Origin: Anthoceros angustus
Taxonomy: Eukaryota; Plantae; Anthocerotophyta
Assembly (NCBI GenBank): GCA_010909165.1
Contig: VJWM01000063.1
Location: forward strand, 186,001-250,000
DNA length: 64,000 nt
Direction: 5' to 3'
Part shown: piece after piece, positions 35,330-47,900 of the stretch
Numbering within the stretch: the stretch's first letter is position 1
Layout: every line of letters begins with the position of its first letter
Program-made: the position numbers and the translations under genes
The notes under the pieces: model-generated
Told to the model about the DNA's origin: nothing
The model's database searches: none
What the model saw: only the letters and a program-made list of their open reading frames with translations

Positions 35330-36070
35330 TTATAAAAAAGAGATGGGAAAAACCCATCCACCCCAACAAAGGGCACCATACCAGGAGGATTGGTCCTCAC
35401 GATCACGCATTTCAAAACTACTAACCGCCCGAAGAACTTCGTGGTCAGGGATGTGACAAGGCATGCTTACCACCGATGTCAAGGAAGCTGCATCTCCCGC
35501 GCTCGTTGTCGTTCTGTACACTGCGTTGACCAACGCCCTCTGTAGAGCGATGAAAATACTCTGCCGGAAGACAACAACAATACAAGAAAGGGGGAGGCCA
35601 ACCCCATTCTTGCGACTGTGATAAGCCTTGACGCATGCCTTGAGGAACCTAGAGAAATCCTTGCCCATGGCTCCGTGAGTCTCGATGGCAAGGGGGACAA
35701 AGGCATGGCCGTCTTGCATAGGAGAGTATTTGTGGACCTTAGCCGTTGCGCATCCCTCCGCCACCCAACCTGGAGGGTTAAGGATAACATGTTTGCAAAC
35801 ACTGTCCCGGGTGGGATCGGTTACAACCACATTAGCAACTGAAACCTGATCCCCCCGAGTCAAAAATAGATCAGCCCTACGCGAAACCCCGTCATGCATA
35901 GCGATACACTGCCCACCCGTGGACAGCAAGCCAAGTGCGTCTCGGAGTCATCGAGAGGGGCCCTACAGCTGCAAGTTGAAAGAGAGCAAGCCATAGGATG
36001 GACCAAGCCCAGGCGAAAACGCATCGCGGTAGAAAAAGTTGATGGTGCGATGCCAGAATTGATGAAATAT
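35330..36070 (-). mobile_element. 3' end of an RLE-type (CRE-like) non-LTR retrotransposon: zinc knuckle plus restriction-like endonuclease
   Basis: FSTAMRFRLGL...CSC...D...THLACC / GG..IAMHD.V / RRAD...VVVTDP...KVHKY...FVPLAIETHG.MG. Cut on its 5' side at the Copia A boundary. Confidence 0.8.
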
Positions 36071-39000
36071 ATCTAGTTTAGGGCACTATTCATTAGGGCC
36101 ACATTACTTAAACATTAATTTATACCTAGGGCATTAGGTAGTTACCTATTTAGTTGCTCTAGGTAGTTAATTGTTATATTAGTTACAACAACTTGGTGGT
36201 TATAACAACATATTGTTATAACCACTTAACCTATATGAAGGCTTGTACTTTACTCTTTAATCAATTCATTGTATTGTATCTCTTCTGCCTAAGAGCTATT
36301 GATTCTCATCGTGATTCTCATCGTGGAAATTGAAGACTCATAGAAGAAGAAAGCAACAACAAAACTTCATAGAGGCATCATCAGAGGAGTTTGATAGCAA
36401 TTCTCCTATTGGTCATGATATGCTTGAAGTATATATTGGTAACCTTATATTTGGTCTTCTGTATGAATCCAAACACAAAGCAAAGTTCATCAGATTAGCT
36501 AGAAGAAATTTGCTTGGAACATTTGATCTTTATCAAATAGGATGCATTGAGTCTGCAATAATTCAATTCATCAACAAAAAGTCTACAACTTTCTTCCCTA
36601 ATCCAGACACATTACAGCAAACACTCAACACCATTAGATCAGAAGCTATCCAAATATATACTTTTACTGATGAGAGATTGAATTGCCTTACTCAAGAGAT
36701 ATTTCTTATCTCTAAAGCTATTGAGAAACTAACGGTTAACGCAGTTGATACTTCTGACCTTTCTGTCTGGAGCAATAGAGATACTTGTAAACCAACAATG
36801 AAGAAGTGCAGCACGTGCTCTCGCGTTACTCCCAAAGCAATAGTGAGGATTCCGCGTCGAGCACGATCCAGTTATCTTCATTAAAATTGAACATCATCCG
36901 CAATGTCTGAGGAGCAAGTAATTGATGAAGTTACAAGTACATCTGCAGACGCCAAAAAACTCAAAAAGTGGCTTGCAGAAGAAAAGGCCAAATGGGAACA
37001 AGAGTGGAAGACAAAGATATGTGAAACACAAACAACTGTAGTTCAAGGAGAAGGTTTCAAGGAGAAAGACAGATTCAATGGAAAAGGATATGACGTTTGG
37101 CAGATATGTGCCAAAGGAGTACTGCGACAATGTGAATTATGGGATATCGTTAGTGAAGATATTGAACGTCTCCGATGCAATCAGGATTCAAAGGACAAGT
37201 GGGACAACAAGGATCGAAAAGCACAAGATATCATCATAAGTGGACTTACTGAATCAATGGTTCGGCAAGTCTCAGAAGCAGAAACCTCCAAGGAGATGTG
37301 GGACCGTCTGGCCCAGATATATGCATCAAGCGACGTTATGAGCATCTTGACGGCCACCCGCAATTTCCAAAATCTCAAAATGAGAGAAAGCGATTCCATT
37401 GAAAGCCACATCAATGCATTTAGATTGGCCAAAAATAATCTTGAAGCAGCATCTGGTGAAAAGATCTTCGAGAAACAAGCTTTCATCAATCTTCTATCCA
37501 CTCTACCACCTTCATATAGGCCGTTCGTGACAACACAAAATGCGGTCCTTCGCACTGCACAGAAGGATGCCGCAACAACGGGCTCATCAACGCTGGACAT
37601 CAGCTTAAATGAGCTCATAGGAGCCATAATACAGGAGGACTCCAGCCGTCGTCACGACACTCGCTCCACCGGTGGTGATGTTCACAAGAGGCGGTGAGGG
37701 CCGAGGCCGGGGCCGAGGCAAAGGGTCTTTCACCTCTAGCCCAAATACAAATCCCCCTCGTGAAGATACTACATCTTCTTCTACGCCTGCAAGAGGTAAA
37801 AAGAAGATTATTTGTAATTGGTGCAGAATACCGAATCATATGGAGAAGGACTGCAATAAGAAGAAGAATGGCAAGCCTAGAAAGGAGGCCGCACCTGGAG
37901 CACATGTTGCCGTGAAGAAACAATCTTCCACAACACCCTGAGCTCTCATTGTATGCTTGGCATCATCAAAGTCAACAAACCCAAATTGGTACTTGGACAG
38001 TGGAGCTACGTTACACTTCTGTCACAGCAGAAACTCTTTTGAGTCATATTCGCCAATATCCGGACACCAGACTGTCCTGCTGGGCGATGACCACAACCTC
38101 CCCATCTCTGGTGTAGGTTCAGTCGCTCTCAGATGTTCTTCAGGCCAAGTTCTTTCTCTCTCTAATGTCCTTCACGTACCATCCATGTGTAAAAACTTAG
38201 TGTCAGCTGCTAGTTTATGTTCACAACATAATTTGCAAGTCATTTTAGATGCAGATAGTTGTATTATCACTTATTCCCAAAATTCTGTCACTTCCAATAC
38301 AATCGTACTTTGGCATTATAGATTGGATCATCCTAATAGCCAAAAACTGTTCAGGTTCACAAAGGAACCCAGGCAGCGAGAGTAGGCCGTAATTGTACAC
38401 AACTATTGATTAATTAACAAAAAGGGGTCTCTCATACATTTATCTATATCCCTAAAAATGAAAAGTCACATGGTCTATGTGTGCGTACACAACCCTTCGT
38501 GAGTGTAGCTTAATGTACGTATATTAGATGTATATATATCGTGACACTCCCTCTTAAGCTTCACGAGCTTAAAATCGTGCAGTCACATGGTCTGGAATCG
38601 ATTACGCGCCACCTACCGAACTTGAGCGCAAACGTGCCATGGTGCATAAGAATGGCGGTGATCCTCCTCCAGTATACCACCCTTGTAGCAATCATCCAGC
38701 TCGCGTGCTTCACAATCACACAGCTCTTGTTGAACATAGCCATGTCAACAACGACTGATGTGAGTGGCAAGCAAGCCGATCCTGGAAAGAAGGCAAAGGC
38801 GAAAATCATCAGTGAGGGGCCATCGCAACCAACTCAGAAGAGTCCGAGATTCAACACGGACGAGCCTGCCGACGGCTGGGACGAGAGCCTCCTCGTGGGA
38901 CAGTCCATGTCTCTGCGAGGGTACACTGTGAGCATGGAAGTGAGGTTGCGTTGGGGAAGGCGCCAGAAGCAGCTGCAGAGCCACCTCTGACGGACCAGGA

Positions 39001-39598
39001 GGTCGAGGAGCAGATGGACTTGGTAGGACAGCTACGGGCAGCGGCAGCGCTGCTAAAACAAATAAAGGAGGCATCAGAGATTGCGGCCAACTGACAGGCG
39101 ATTGGATCTTCGTAAGGCTTCATCCGCCCGATGTGGCCATCACTCGTGCTGTAATTCTGCTTTGTTGACCAGGGAGTTAACAGTCCTTGTAACCCAGCCT
39201 TGGTATGCAGATGATCCCGGCAGGTCAGGAGGCTGGTGACAGCGCCTAGAAATAAGAGCACAACTTCACCATCAGGGAGCATAGGCTCCCACCCCCTCCA
39301 TCCCACCAGATAAGTTTACTGTGTCTCTGATGTTGCTTCTTGTGCAGAGTAACCTGTAAAGTCCATCAGCCCTAGCCTCTCCATATGTTCATAATGCTTG
39401 TGCTTGGGTAGGGCTTTCGTCAAGATGTCAGCCGTATTCTCATCTGTGTGCACATATCCCACCTTCACAATTCCTCGTTCAACAACATCTCTGATGTAAT
39501 GATGTTGTATTTCAATATGCTTTGTTCTGGCGTGGAAACGTGGGTTGGCCACTAATGCAATTGCCGACATGTTGTCACACAGGAGTGGAGTTGGAGCT

Positions 39599-39820
39599 GC
39601 TTGCTTGTGCCTATATGCATTAAGAAGATGCGTTTCCACTCACTTCCTTTGAAGCATCGCCAGCTTTTATACTCTCGCTTGCTTGTGCCTATATGTATTA
39701 GAAGGTACGTTCACCACTTCCTTTGAAGCATCATCGAGCTTTTATACTCTCGCTTGCTTGTGCCCTATGTATAAAGGTCACGCCTCACTCGCTTCCTTTG
39801 AAGCATCCGTCGCTTTTATA
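39599..39820. repeat. Triplication of an approx. 75-78-bp segment inside the RNase H of Copia B
   Basis: GCTTGCTTGTGCC at 39599, 39677 and 39752. Confidence 0.85.
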
Positions 39821-42800
39821 CTGCCTGGCCGAGGATAGAGCAATGGATGCCTGCTTTTTACAACTCCAGCTTATGGCCGCTGACGACAAAAGGAAACAGT
39901 AGGTTGAAAGGCTTTTTCTGCTATCACTATCCGATGCCCAATCGGCATCTGTGAATCCTTGTAAAGCAAACTTCTTCAAACCACTGCTCTTATAGGCAAG
40001 GCCATAATGTTGTGTGCCCTTAAGGTAGCGGAATACCCTTTTAGCACCTACCCAGTGAGCACGCCCTGGTTTTTCTAAAAACTGTGATAAAGTGCTCACA
40101 CTATATTGTATATCTGGTCTAGTCCAGTTTGCTACAAATAGCAGGCTTCCCACCGCATGTCTATAGGGTACGTCTGCCATCTCTTTTTGCTCTTCTGCAG
40201 ACTGCGGGCATTGCAACTAGTCAATTTTGTACCAACTGCAGATGGTGTGGTAGCAGGACGTGCCTCATCCAATTTGAACTTGTGCAGGAGCTGCTGGATG
40301 TATTTAAACTGGTGGATGATGAGAAGTCCTTCAGATCTGACTCTCAAAAGCTGAATTCCCAAACAGAATTTCAGTTCCCCTATATCCTTCATGTCGTACT
40401 TCGTACTAAGCATTTCCTTCTGATTGCTAGCGACTTGTTATGGTTAGCAGTACGTCATCTCGTGAGAGAGCTAGTATCACAAAGCTTGCACCTTTTACTA
40501 GCCTGTAGACGTTGCTGTCTGCAGCACTCTGTGTAAAGGATTGGCTCAGGAGGTACACATGTATATTAAGGTACCATACCCTACCACTTTGCTTAAGGCC
40601 ATAAATTGTCTTTAGCAATTTGCAGACTTTATGTGGGTGTGCCTTGTCCTCATAACCCTCTGGCTGGGACATATACAGGTCCTCGTCTAGTGATCCATAA
40701 AGGAAAGCAGTGCATACATCCATCTGGTAAAGCTCTAGGTCATATTCAGCAGCAAGGGCCAAGATCATGCGGATAGACTGTGTCCTCACGACTGGGGAAA
40801 ATGTTTCTTGGTAGTCGAGACCCTCGACCTGTGTGAAGCCACGTGCCACCAACCTAGCCTTATACCTAGCAATTTCTCCTTGGGCATTGAGTTTGAGTTT
40901 AAACACCCATTTGCAAGATATGGGCTTCCGGTCAGCAGGTAAATCCACAAGTTTCCAGGTCTGATTTTTGATTAAAGAGTTATATTCATCTTCAATAGCT
41001 GCCTTCCATTTGTCACGTTCAGATCCACCTAACGCTTCTTTGTATGATTGTGGTTCTAAGTGCAGAGTCATTGAGGCAGAGAGTGCTGTCTCGGCATAGG
41101 CACTCCTGAAGTCAACAGACTGGTATCTTGGTTCCTTCCATTGATCAGGTGGCGGCCTATGTTTGCTGGATCTTCTAAGTTCAGGCTCAGCAGGAGGAGG
41201 TTCAGCATCTCTCTCTGGTTCATCAAAAAAATCCGGTAGGTCATCATGTAGGTCTGCTTGATTTCCATCATTCTGTCTGGCATTAGCATGATTCTGATCA
41301 TTGTCATCCATGTCGTCAGGGGCATCTTGCTCGTGTAGGTCAAGATCATCTACAAGACCTTGTTCCTGGTCAGCAATATCAATGTCCTCTTGGGCGGATC
41401 GAGTTTCTTTGGGGCGGATTTGTTGTCTTTGGGGAATAGGATTGGGGCTGCATCTTGATCAGTTGATGTTTCTTCTGTGTCCAAAGATTCTCCTCAAGAA
41501 TGAATGGGCTCCCTCTGAATCCAGATGTGATTGAAAACCGAGTAGGTGTCGGTAGGTTCGATAAAAGTGGTGACAAATTACAACGTATGAAGCAGAGTTG
41601 TATAACTTATGCCTTAAGTTTTAACCCTCGAAATGAGGGCTTGAGCACGTGGATCTAACTTTCGTCGTTTCTCTTCAGGAATAAGAGCAAAGGCACGAGA
41701 TCCAAACACCCGAAGATGGAGCAGACTGGGTTTCTTGTTCCATAAAGCCTCATAAGGTGTCATCAACGGAACTGAGCTTGTAAACAACCGGTTGAGCACA
41801 TATGTTGCAGCAACAATGGCTTCGGCCCAAAATTTCTGAGGTAACCCTGCCCAGAGAAGCATACTGCGTGTCATGGATAGCAGGGTTTGGTTTTTACGTT
41901 CCGCCACACCATTCTGTTGGGGTGTGTACTGGGACAGTTAGTTGTCTCTGTATCCCATGTTCCTGCAGGAAATTGTCAAATGCGGCATTCACAAATTCTG
42001 TGTCGTTATCTGTTCGTAGATACTTGACCAATTTTCCAGTTTGGCGCTGTACAGTTACAAACCAGTCCTTGAATAGCTCAAATGTATCACTTTTGAGATG
42101 CATGGTGTATGTCCAGGTGTACCTTGAGTAATCATCTGTGATGCACATATAGTAGTAGGCACCACCTAGCGAGGGCACTTGGATCTTGCCCGAAATATCA
42201 GCATGCACGAGTTCAAGGACATCTTTGGCTCTGTATGATGCCTGGTGTGAAAAGGGGTGCTGCTTCTGCTTGGCTATGATGCAAGCCTCACAGGAGGGAA
42301 GATCCCTAAAACATCTAGGTAAGGGTTCTTTGTGGCACTCCTGTAGAGACATATCTACCAACTTGTGCTGATTTACATGACAGAGGCGGGCATGCCACAA
42401 GACTGCTAATTTCTGTGTGTTTGTGGATGTTAGGCCTGCCACCTGTTTGTGTGTGAAGACATCAAGTCTATATAGATCATTCTCCATTATTCCTCTAAAG
42501 ACATACAGGGAGGGATCTGTGTTTCTGAAGAACAAGCAAGTATCTTCAGAGGCCCTCATGTGGTAAACTCGTTGCTGCATCAGCTTGCTCGGGGACATCA
42601 AGTTCTTTGCCATAGATGGCACATATAGCACATCTTGTAGGGTCAGAATTGATCCATCATGTAAACTGAATTTGCAGGTACCTTGGCCTTGTATTTGGAG
42701 ACTTGATTTGTTCTGCTCATCACCCAGAAGCACTTTAGCTGTCGACTGGCGTGTGTCAATGGTAAAGAACTGATCCTTGTCGTTACATATATGTGAGGTG

Positions 42801-44265
42801 GCACCGGAATCAAGGTACCAGCTTCCCTCACTATGGACAGATCGAGCCAGGCAGACAGTGAGGATCTTCACAGACGGTTTGGTGTCACCTGTCTGTCTGT
42901 CCTTAATGGAAATACTCGCAGCGCTCTTGGTAACACGTTGAGGTTCTCCAGCCTTTTTTTTCTTGCATTCACGAGCCCAATGGCCAGCAATGCCACACCA
43001 GTTGCAATTGCCTGACCTCTTCAATGTCGAGGAGCCAGTATCAAATTTGCCAACGACTGCGGGTCTTGTGGGTTTGAACTTACCCTTATTTGGTCTGTGG
43101 CCAGCGGCTAATACCTTCTCTGCTTTGTTTCTAGAAACACCAGCAGAGTTAAGGCGTGACTGCTCTTCTTGGTACAAAGCACCAATCACATCTTCGCATG
43201 TAATTGTGTTTGCGGATCCACTAGCAGCACCACTTGGCTTCACAAGACCATTTTGTGTTGTAACAAAAGCTTGATATGATGGGGGCAGGCTGGAAAGTAA
43301 CCTTGCCACAGCCTGTGACTCAGGTATCTTCTCTCCAGTCAGTGCAGTAATTTGAGCTCTTAGTTGTCGAAAGCGACTTGTGTGAGCGGATATTTTGTCT
43401 CCCTCCCTCATCTTGAGCGTGTACAGTTCCGTTTGAACAGCACATAAACTCATCATGTTTTGGCTTTTGTAGGTTCTTTCTAGTTGATCCCAGATGTCAG
43501 CAGCATCTGTAAGGGGCTCAACATCCGGCACAAGATCAACGTCAAGGCCATTGATCAGCAGAGCAACAGCAATGCTGTTGTGCACGTCCCATTTGGCGAT
43601 GTCTTCTGCTGTTGGCGTACTTGAGCCAGTAGCAGCAGGGTTTGGCTTGACATACGTTCTATCTATGATATTCCAAACACCTCTGGCCAGCAGAATTGCC
43701 TTCATGCGGACACGCCAAACAGGGTATTTGTTTCCATTGAAACGATCCTTCTCTTTCAGTTCAGAAGTAAATGTGGGACCTGACATTCTTACAGGCTTGG
43801 GTTTCAGGTTGAGTTTCTGGAACTGTTGAGCTAATGCGTTAATAGCTGCAGTGGACATGCAATTTTCAGCAGGGTACGTAAAAGCTATGGCTCTACGATT
43901 GTCCTGGTAAGACTGAACGTCCTGCACAATTAGGTTAGCTCATATTTGTTTTCAACACATGAATCTGACCACAAGTGTAGGGAGGACTTGGTGGGGGGGG
44001 TAGCAGGAGGAAGAAGGGATAAAATCTTATCCTAGCCTTCTCTTGCTAACTTCCTCATCAAATTCTCTTAACAGCTTTAATGGTTAGTCGAAACGCTATG
44101 CAGGTTAGTTTAAAGAACTAAAAAGCAACAACGTTTCAAGAAAAATTGACCTAATTGTCATGTCCCTTGCCTGTGAACAGATGCAGCGCTACACAAGAGC
44201 CTATCAGCACACAGGAAAGCTTGTTGAGCGAAGGGACACCAGCTGAAGTGTGGCCGCGGATCCGG

Positions 44266-44991
44266 TCAAGCTTTGCGCCTGCTTGAAGCTCTCTCGCCGG
44301 CGCAGGAAATCAGCCTCGAGCCATCACCAGAAGACAAGATTGGTAAACAATCTCTCTCGTTAGGCTGATGAGCAGAACTCCCTCGCAATTTGATATTCAG
44401 ATCGCACAATTGTTGTGTGATTGAATCTGCCAAGTTTGAGATAATCTGCAATTTCGCCTCAAGAATCCAAGGGATCTGATCATGTGATTCTGGTTGTAGC
44501 TCGTCGACTCTATTCTTCAACACCTCTTGATTTGATAGCAGCAGGGACAATGTCTTCTCCACACGAATTATAGCAGCAAAGGTCCTGTCAGTTGTGCCTT
44601 GCGTACTGTGGTTAGTTTGTATGAAGTTGTTTCTTTCTATGTTCTGATCACGTTGTGATCCTGCAGTTCGTGGTCGGAAGAGGGATTCAGCAGGGGGCAG
44701 CACTCTCGGATTATAAATCAAATCGTGGTTCTGCCCTCTCTGTTGACAACGGGCTCGATACAAGGAATCAACTACTTGATTTGTATTTGTAAAACGAGCT
44801 CTTCGACTCCCACGAGAATGTCTATCAACCAATTGCCTTAGGTAGATTTCAGGGTAGTTCTGCTCATAAAGGTCAAGCACAGTTTCAGTTGGTACAAATT
44901 GTTTACGCCTGGATGATTGTCTTCCACGGCGTTTTTGACTAGATGTACCTGCAAATTGTGCATTCCTAGCAGACACTCCCTGGCTAGGCAT
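44266..44991 (-). CDS. Intact 241-aa ORF of unknown function between the PBS and gag of Copia B
   Basis: ATG-initiated, same sense as gag, basic N-terminus and helical C-terminal half. A decayed homologue lies at about 25230-25900 in element E. Confidence 0.7.
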   Translation of the reverse strand: MPSQGVSARNAQFAGTSSQKRRGRQSSRRKQFVPTETVLDLYEQNYPEIYLRQLVDRHSRGSRRARFTNTNQVVDSLYRARCQQRGQNHDLIYNPRVLPPAESLFRPRTAGSQRDQNIERNNFIQTNHSTQGTTDRTFAAIIRVEKTLSLLLSNQEVLKNRVDELQPESHDQIPWILEAKLQIISNLADSITQQLCDLNIKLRGSSAHQPNERDCLPILSSGDGSRLISCAGERASSRRKA

Positions 44992-47900
44992 TGTGCATCG
45001 AGGGTACTAAGATATAGAGTATCTGGGCTCTGATACCATGTTCAGGTTCACAAAGGAACCCAGGCAGCGAGAGTAGGCCGTAATTGTACACAACTATTGA
45101 TTAATTAACAAAAAGGGGTCTCTCATACATTTATCTATATCCCTAGAAATGAAAAGTCACATGGTCTACGTGTGCGTACACAACCCTTCGTGAGTGTAGC
45201 TTAATGTACGTATATTAGATGTATATATATCGTGACAAAACTCATTCAAATGTCTAAGGGAAACCTCTATAGAAATCCTTCCCTTCCTAAGATAGAACCT
45301 CTATCATGGTGTGAAGCTTGTGTCGTAACCAAAAGACATCAGGCACCCTTTCAAAACAACTCTCCCCAGCGGGCTAAAGCACCCCTTGAGTTAGTTCACA
45401 CCGACATTTGCGGCCCAATCTCGCCTATTGATGATTGCGGAATTTCCTTACTTTCATTGATGATTTCTCCCTTTTTTACTACAACATACACCCTTAAGCA
45501 CAAAAGTGAAGCTTTTCAGCATTTTAAGGATTACATGATGTGGGTGGAGAGACTTACAGATAAGCAACTCAAGACCCTCTGTTCTGACAATGGAGGCGAG
45601 TTTACATCAAATGCTTTTACCGATTTCTGTCGAGCTAAAGGCATAGCTCAACAACTTACGGTGGTATATACACCTCAGCAAAATGGCGTAGCCGAGAATA
45701 AAAATCTACGCCTTCAAGAGATAACAGGTTGCTTGCTTACCCAAGCAAGGTTAACTAAACCATATTGGGCAGAAGCAATGATAACAACAACATATCTCAT
45801 CAATAGACTTCCAACCTCAGCGGTTACAGGAATGACACCTTATGAAGCATTCACTGGTAAAAAGCCTTCCATCAACTCCCACTTAGACAGACAGTTTGTA
45901 TAACCCGTCCTCTAAAGTGCCTGTGCAGATGTTAACAGATTCACTTTCATATACGCTCGTAGCGTTACTTTTCATGAGTCTCCCATCTTATCTCCAGTGG
46001 ACTCTAGATCTCCTGTATAAGTCCCATACGACAATCATCAATCCTCATCCTTCGATGATGACGAATTTATTAGCCTACATTACTCTCCCTCCTCTCCTGT
46101 GGTTGAACCTATACTGCAGGAGCAGGAGGAGCCACCTTCTCCAAGACGACCTACTACTCCAGACCCAGATATGGAAATTCCTCAACACCTTGAAGATATT
46201 CATGATGTCCCGAATGATGACCTTTCCGAACCTAACTATCTGGATGAAGATGAGCCGGTTTCTCCATTACAAGAACCAGCTCCCGAAGAACCTGCAGAAG
46301 CAGAGAAACACATCGTCGACGAAGATGAGCAACCTGCACCAAGGTACAACCTAAGAACCAGACCTGCTGTCTCTGGACCTGCAGGATGGAAGGAACCACC
46401 CTTAGGATATTGTGGCGCGACTTTTGCTGATGGCCTGCGCATAATCCGTGTCGTTGTAGGAAGAAGTCCGCTCCCAAGGGAATGATAGGCTCCGCTTACG
46501 CTTTGTGTGATTCCTACGGCCCTAGCTCGTTCACCTCAACACCGCATACTCTAACTACTCACAACGTTTCACCGTGACACGGTGATGGCTAAACGTTTAA
46601 GGACTCGTTAGCGTCGGATCGCCTGTCCGTCCCTCACACCCAGTCCTTTCCTCTCTCCCCTCACGCTACACTCCTCGGTCTTAGAAAAACGCGCGGGTTA
46701 CCGGCAACCTCCTCTCTCCGCTGGACCTCTCCGTCCGGGCTCTACCGCCTCCGAGTCCCTCCGGCTCACACGTTCAGTTCGGTGCCGGGTCGCGGCTCGG
46801 GGCGAGCAGGTCACGATCACCCTTCCCGCACACACCACAGCAGCGTTAGGTCGGTCACGGGACCTTGATCAATCTCCCGGGCTGGGTCTGCTCGGTGACT
46901 CGGGACTCACGTTAGCAAGAAGACACACAAAGTGCGCAGGCAGGCATCAACACCAGAGAAAGATGCTTTACTAGAGCCCTCGGCCCTCTTATCTTTGCGC
47001 CAAGGCGTCTTTATTACCCCCTATTACGGTGATAGCCAGCTCGGTATACCCTAATCGGCCACCTACCATCCTATTTCCTCCCCTATCTCCTTGTGTTGTG
47101 GGGTGGGAAGGTCACAGGCCCCTCGGAATGGGTGGTCCAATCCCCGTCAGCGGTTGTGGCGCGCAATCGGATGATCCGTGAGGCGGGCCCTCCTCTCTCC
47201 GGAATCACAGCCGGGTTGGGCTCGGCGGTCGACGCCCGGCGTTACCGCGTCATCCTCCTGGCCTCCCCACAGGTCCCTTGGCGGTGGGGTCACCAGCTAT
47301 CTGCTCCCCTAAGCGTAAGTCGAAGGGGCTCCTCCTTCTTGCCGCAGGTCCTCGAGGTCTGTCTCGACTCTCTGAACCCGGTCCGGCCGGTCAGTGGGTC
47401 CTGTCTGGGGTCGGACCTCGAGGTCCGGACTTATTCAGGGGTCCGGACTTGAGTCCGGACTTATTGAGTCCGGACTTGGTCCGGCCTCCTCTGAGGTCCG
47501 GACAAAGTCCGGACTCACGCCCACCGGGTTTCCTCCCTCACGGGACTCCTCCGTGGCTCTCCCTCAAGTCCTCTTGTTCCGATCGCGTGACTCGCCCGTT
47601 GGCCCTCCTTCCATGGTGAGGTGCGGGGTGCTTACCTCGATCGCATCCGCCGCTCCCTCGTTACGCTCCTCCGGTGGCCTCCATCTCCTCCGCTCCGTCA
47701 TCTCCAAGCAGGGGCCACTAGGGTCCCTGTCTTGTCCCCGTGGCCTTCATCTCCTTCAGGCAGCAGCGTCCAACTCCTTGGATAGTCGCCGATTTTCCTC
47801 CGTCTTGAGGCAGGCTGGGGCACTCTATTTCGTGCTGAAGTCGTGGATTCTCGTTGAGAATCACTGCTCAAGCGCATCTTGGGTTGTAGCTCCAGCGTGT

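Larger units (their letters stand above)
38348..45237 (-). mobile_element. Full-length young Ty1/Copia element B with 199-bp LTRs (38348-38546, 45039-45237), Met PBS 45027-45038 and PPT at about 38547-38555
   Basis: The LTRs differ by 2 transitions. AAAC flanks both ends (4 bp visible; 5 expected). Gag-pol runs 43858 to 39316 with zinc knuckle, WYLDSGAT, integrase, RT (YKARLVARGF, QMDVCTAFLYG) and RNase H (FHARTKHIEIQHHYIR); several frameshifts. Confidence 0.95.
36075..46410 (+). mobile_element. Ty1/Copia element A, interrupted by B (38348-45237) and by Gypsy C at 46411: probable LTR about 36075-36292, pre-gag ORF 36330-36884, gag 36903-37941, protease 37957-38347, integrase 45238-45900
   Basis: Motifs FKEKDRFNG, CNWCRIPNHMEKDC and WYLDSGAT. 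WHYRLDHPNSQK|LIQMSK rejoins in frame across B; LELVHTDICGP and PQQNGVAE follow. LTR bounds are uncertain and the PBS appears partly deleted. Confidence 0.85.
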
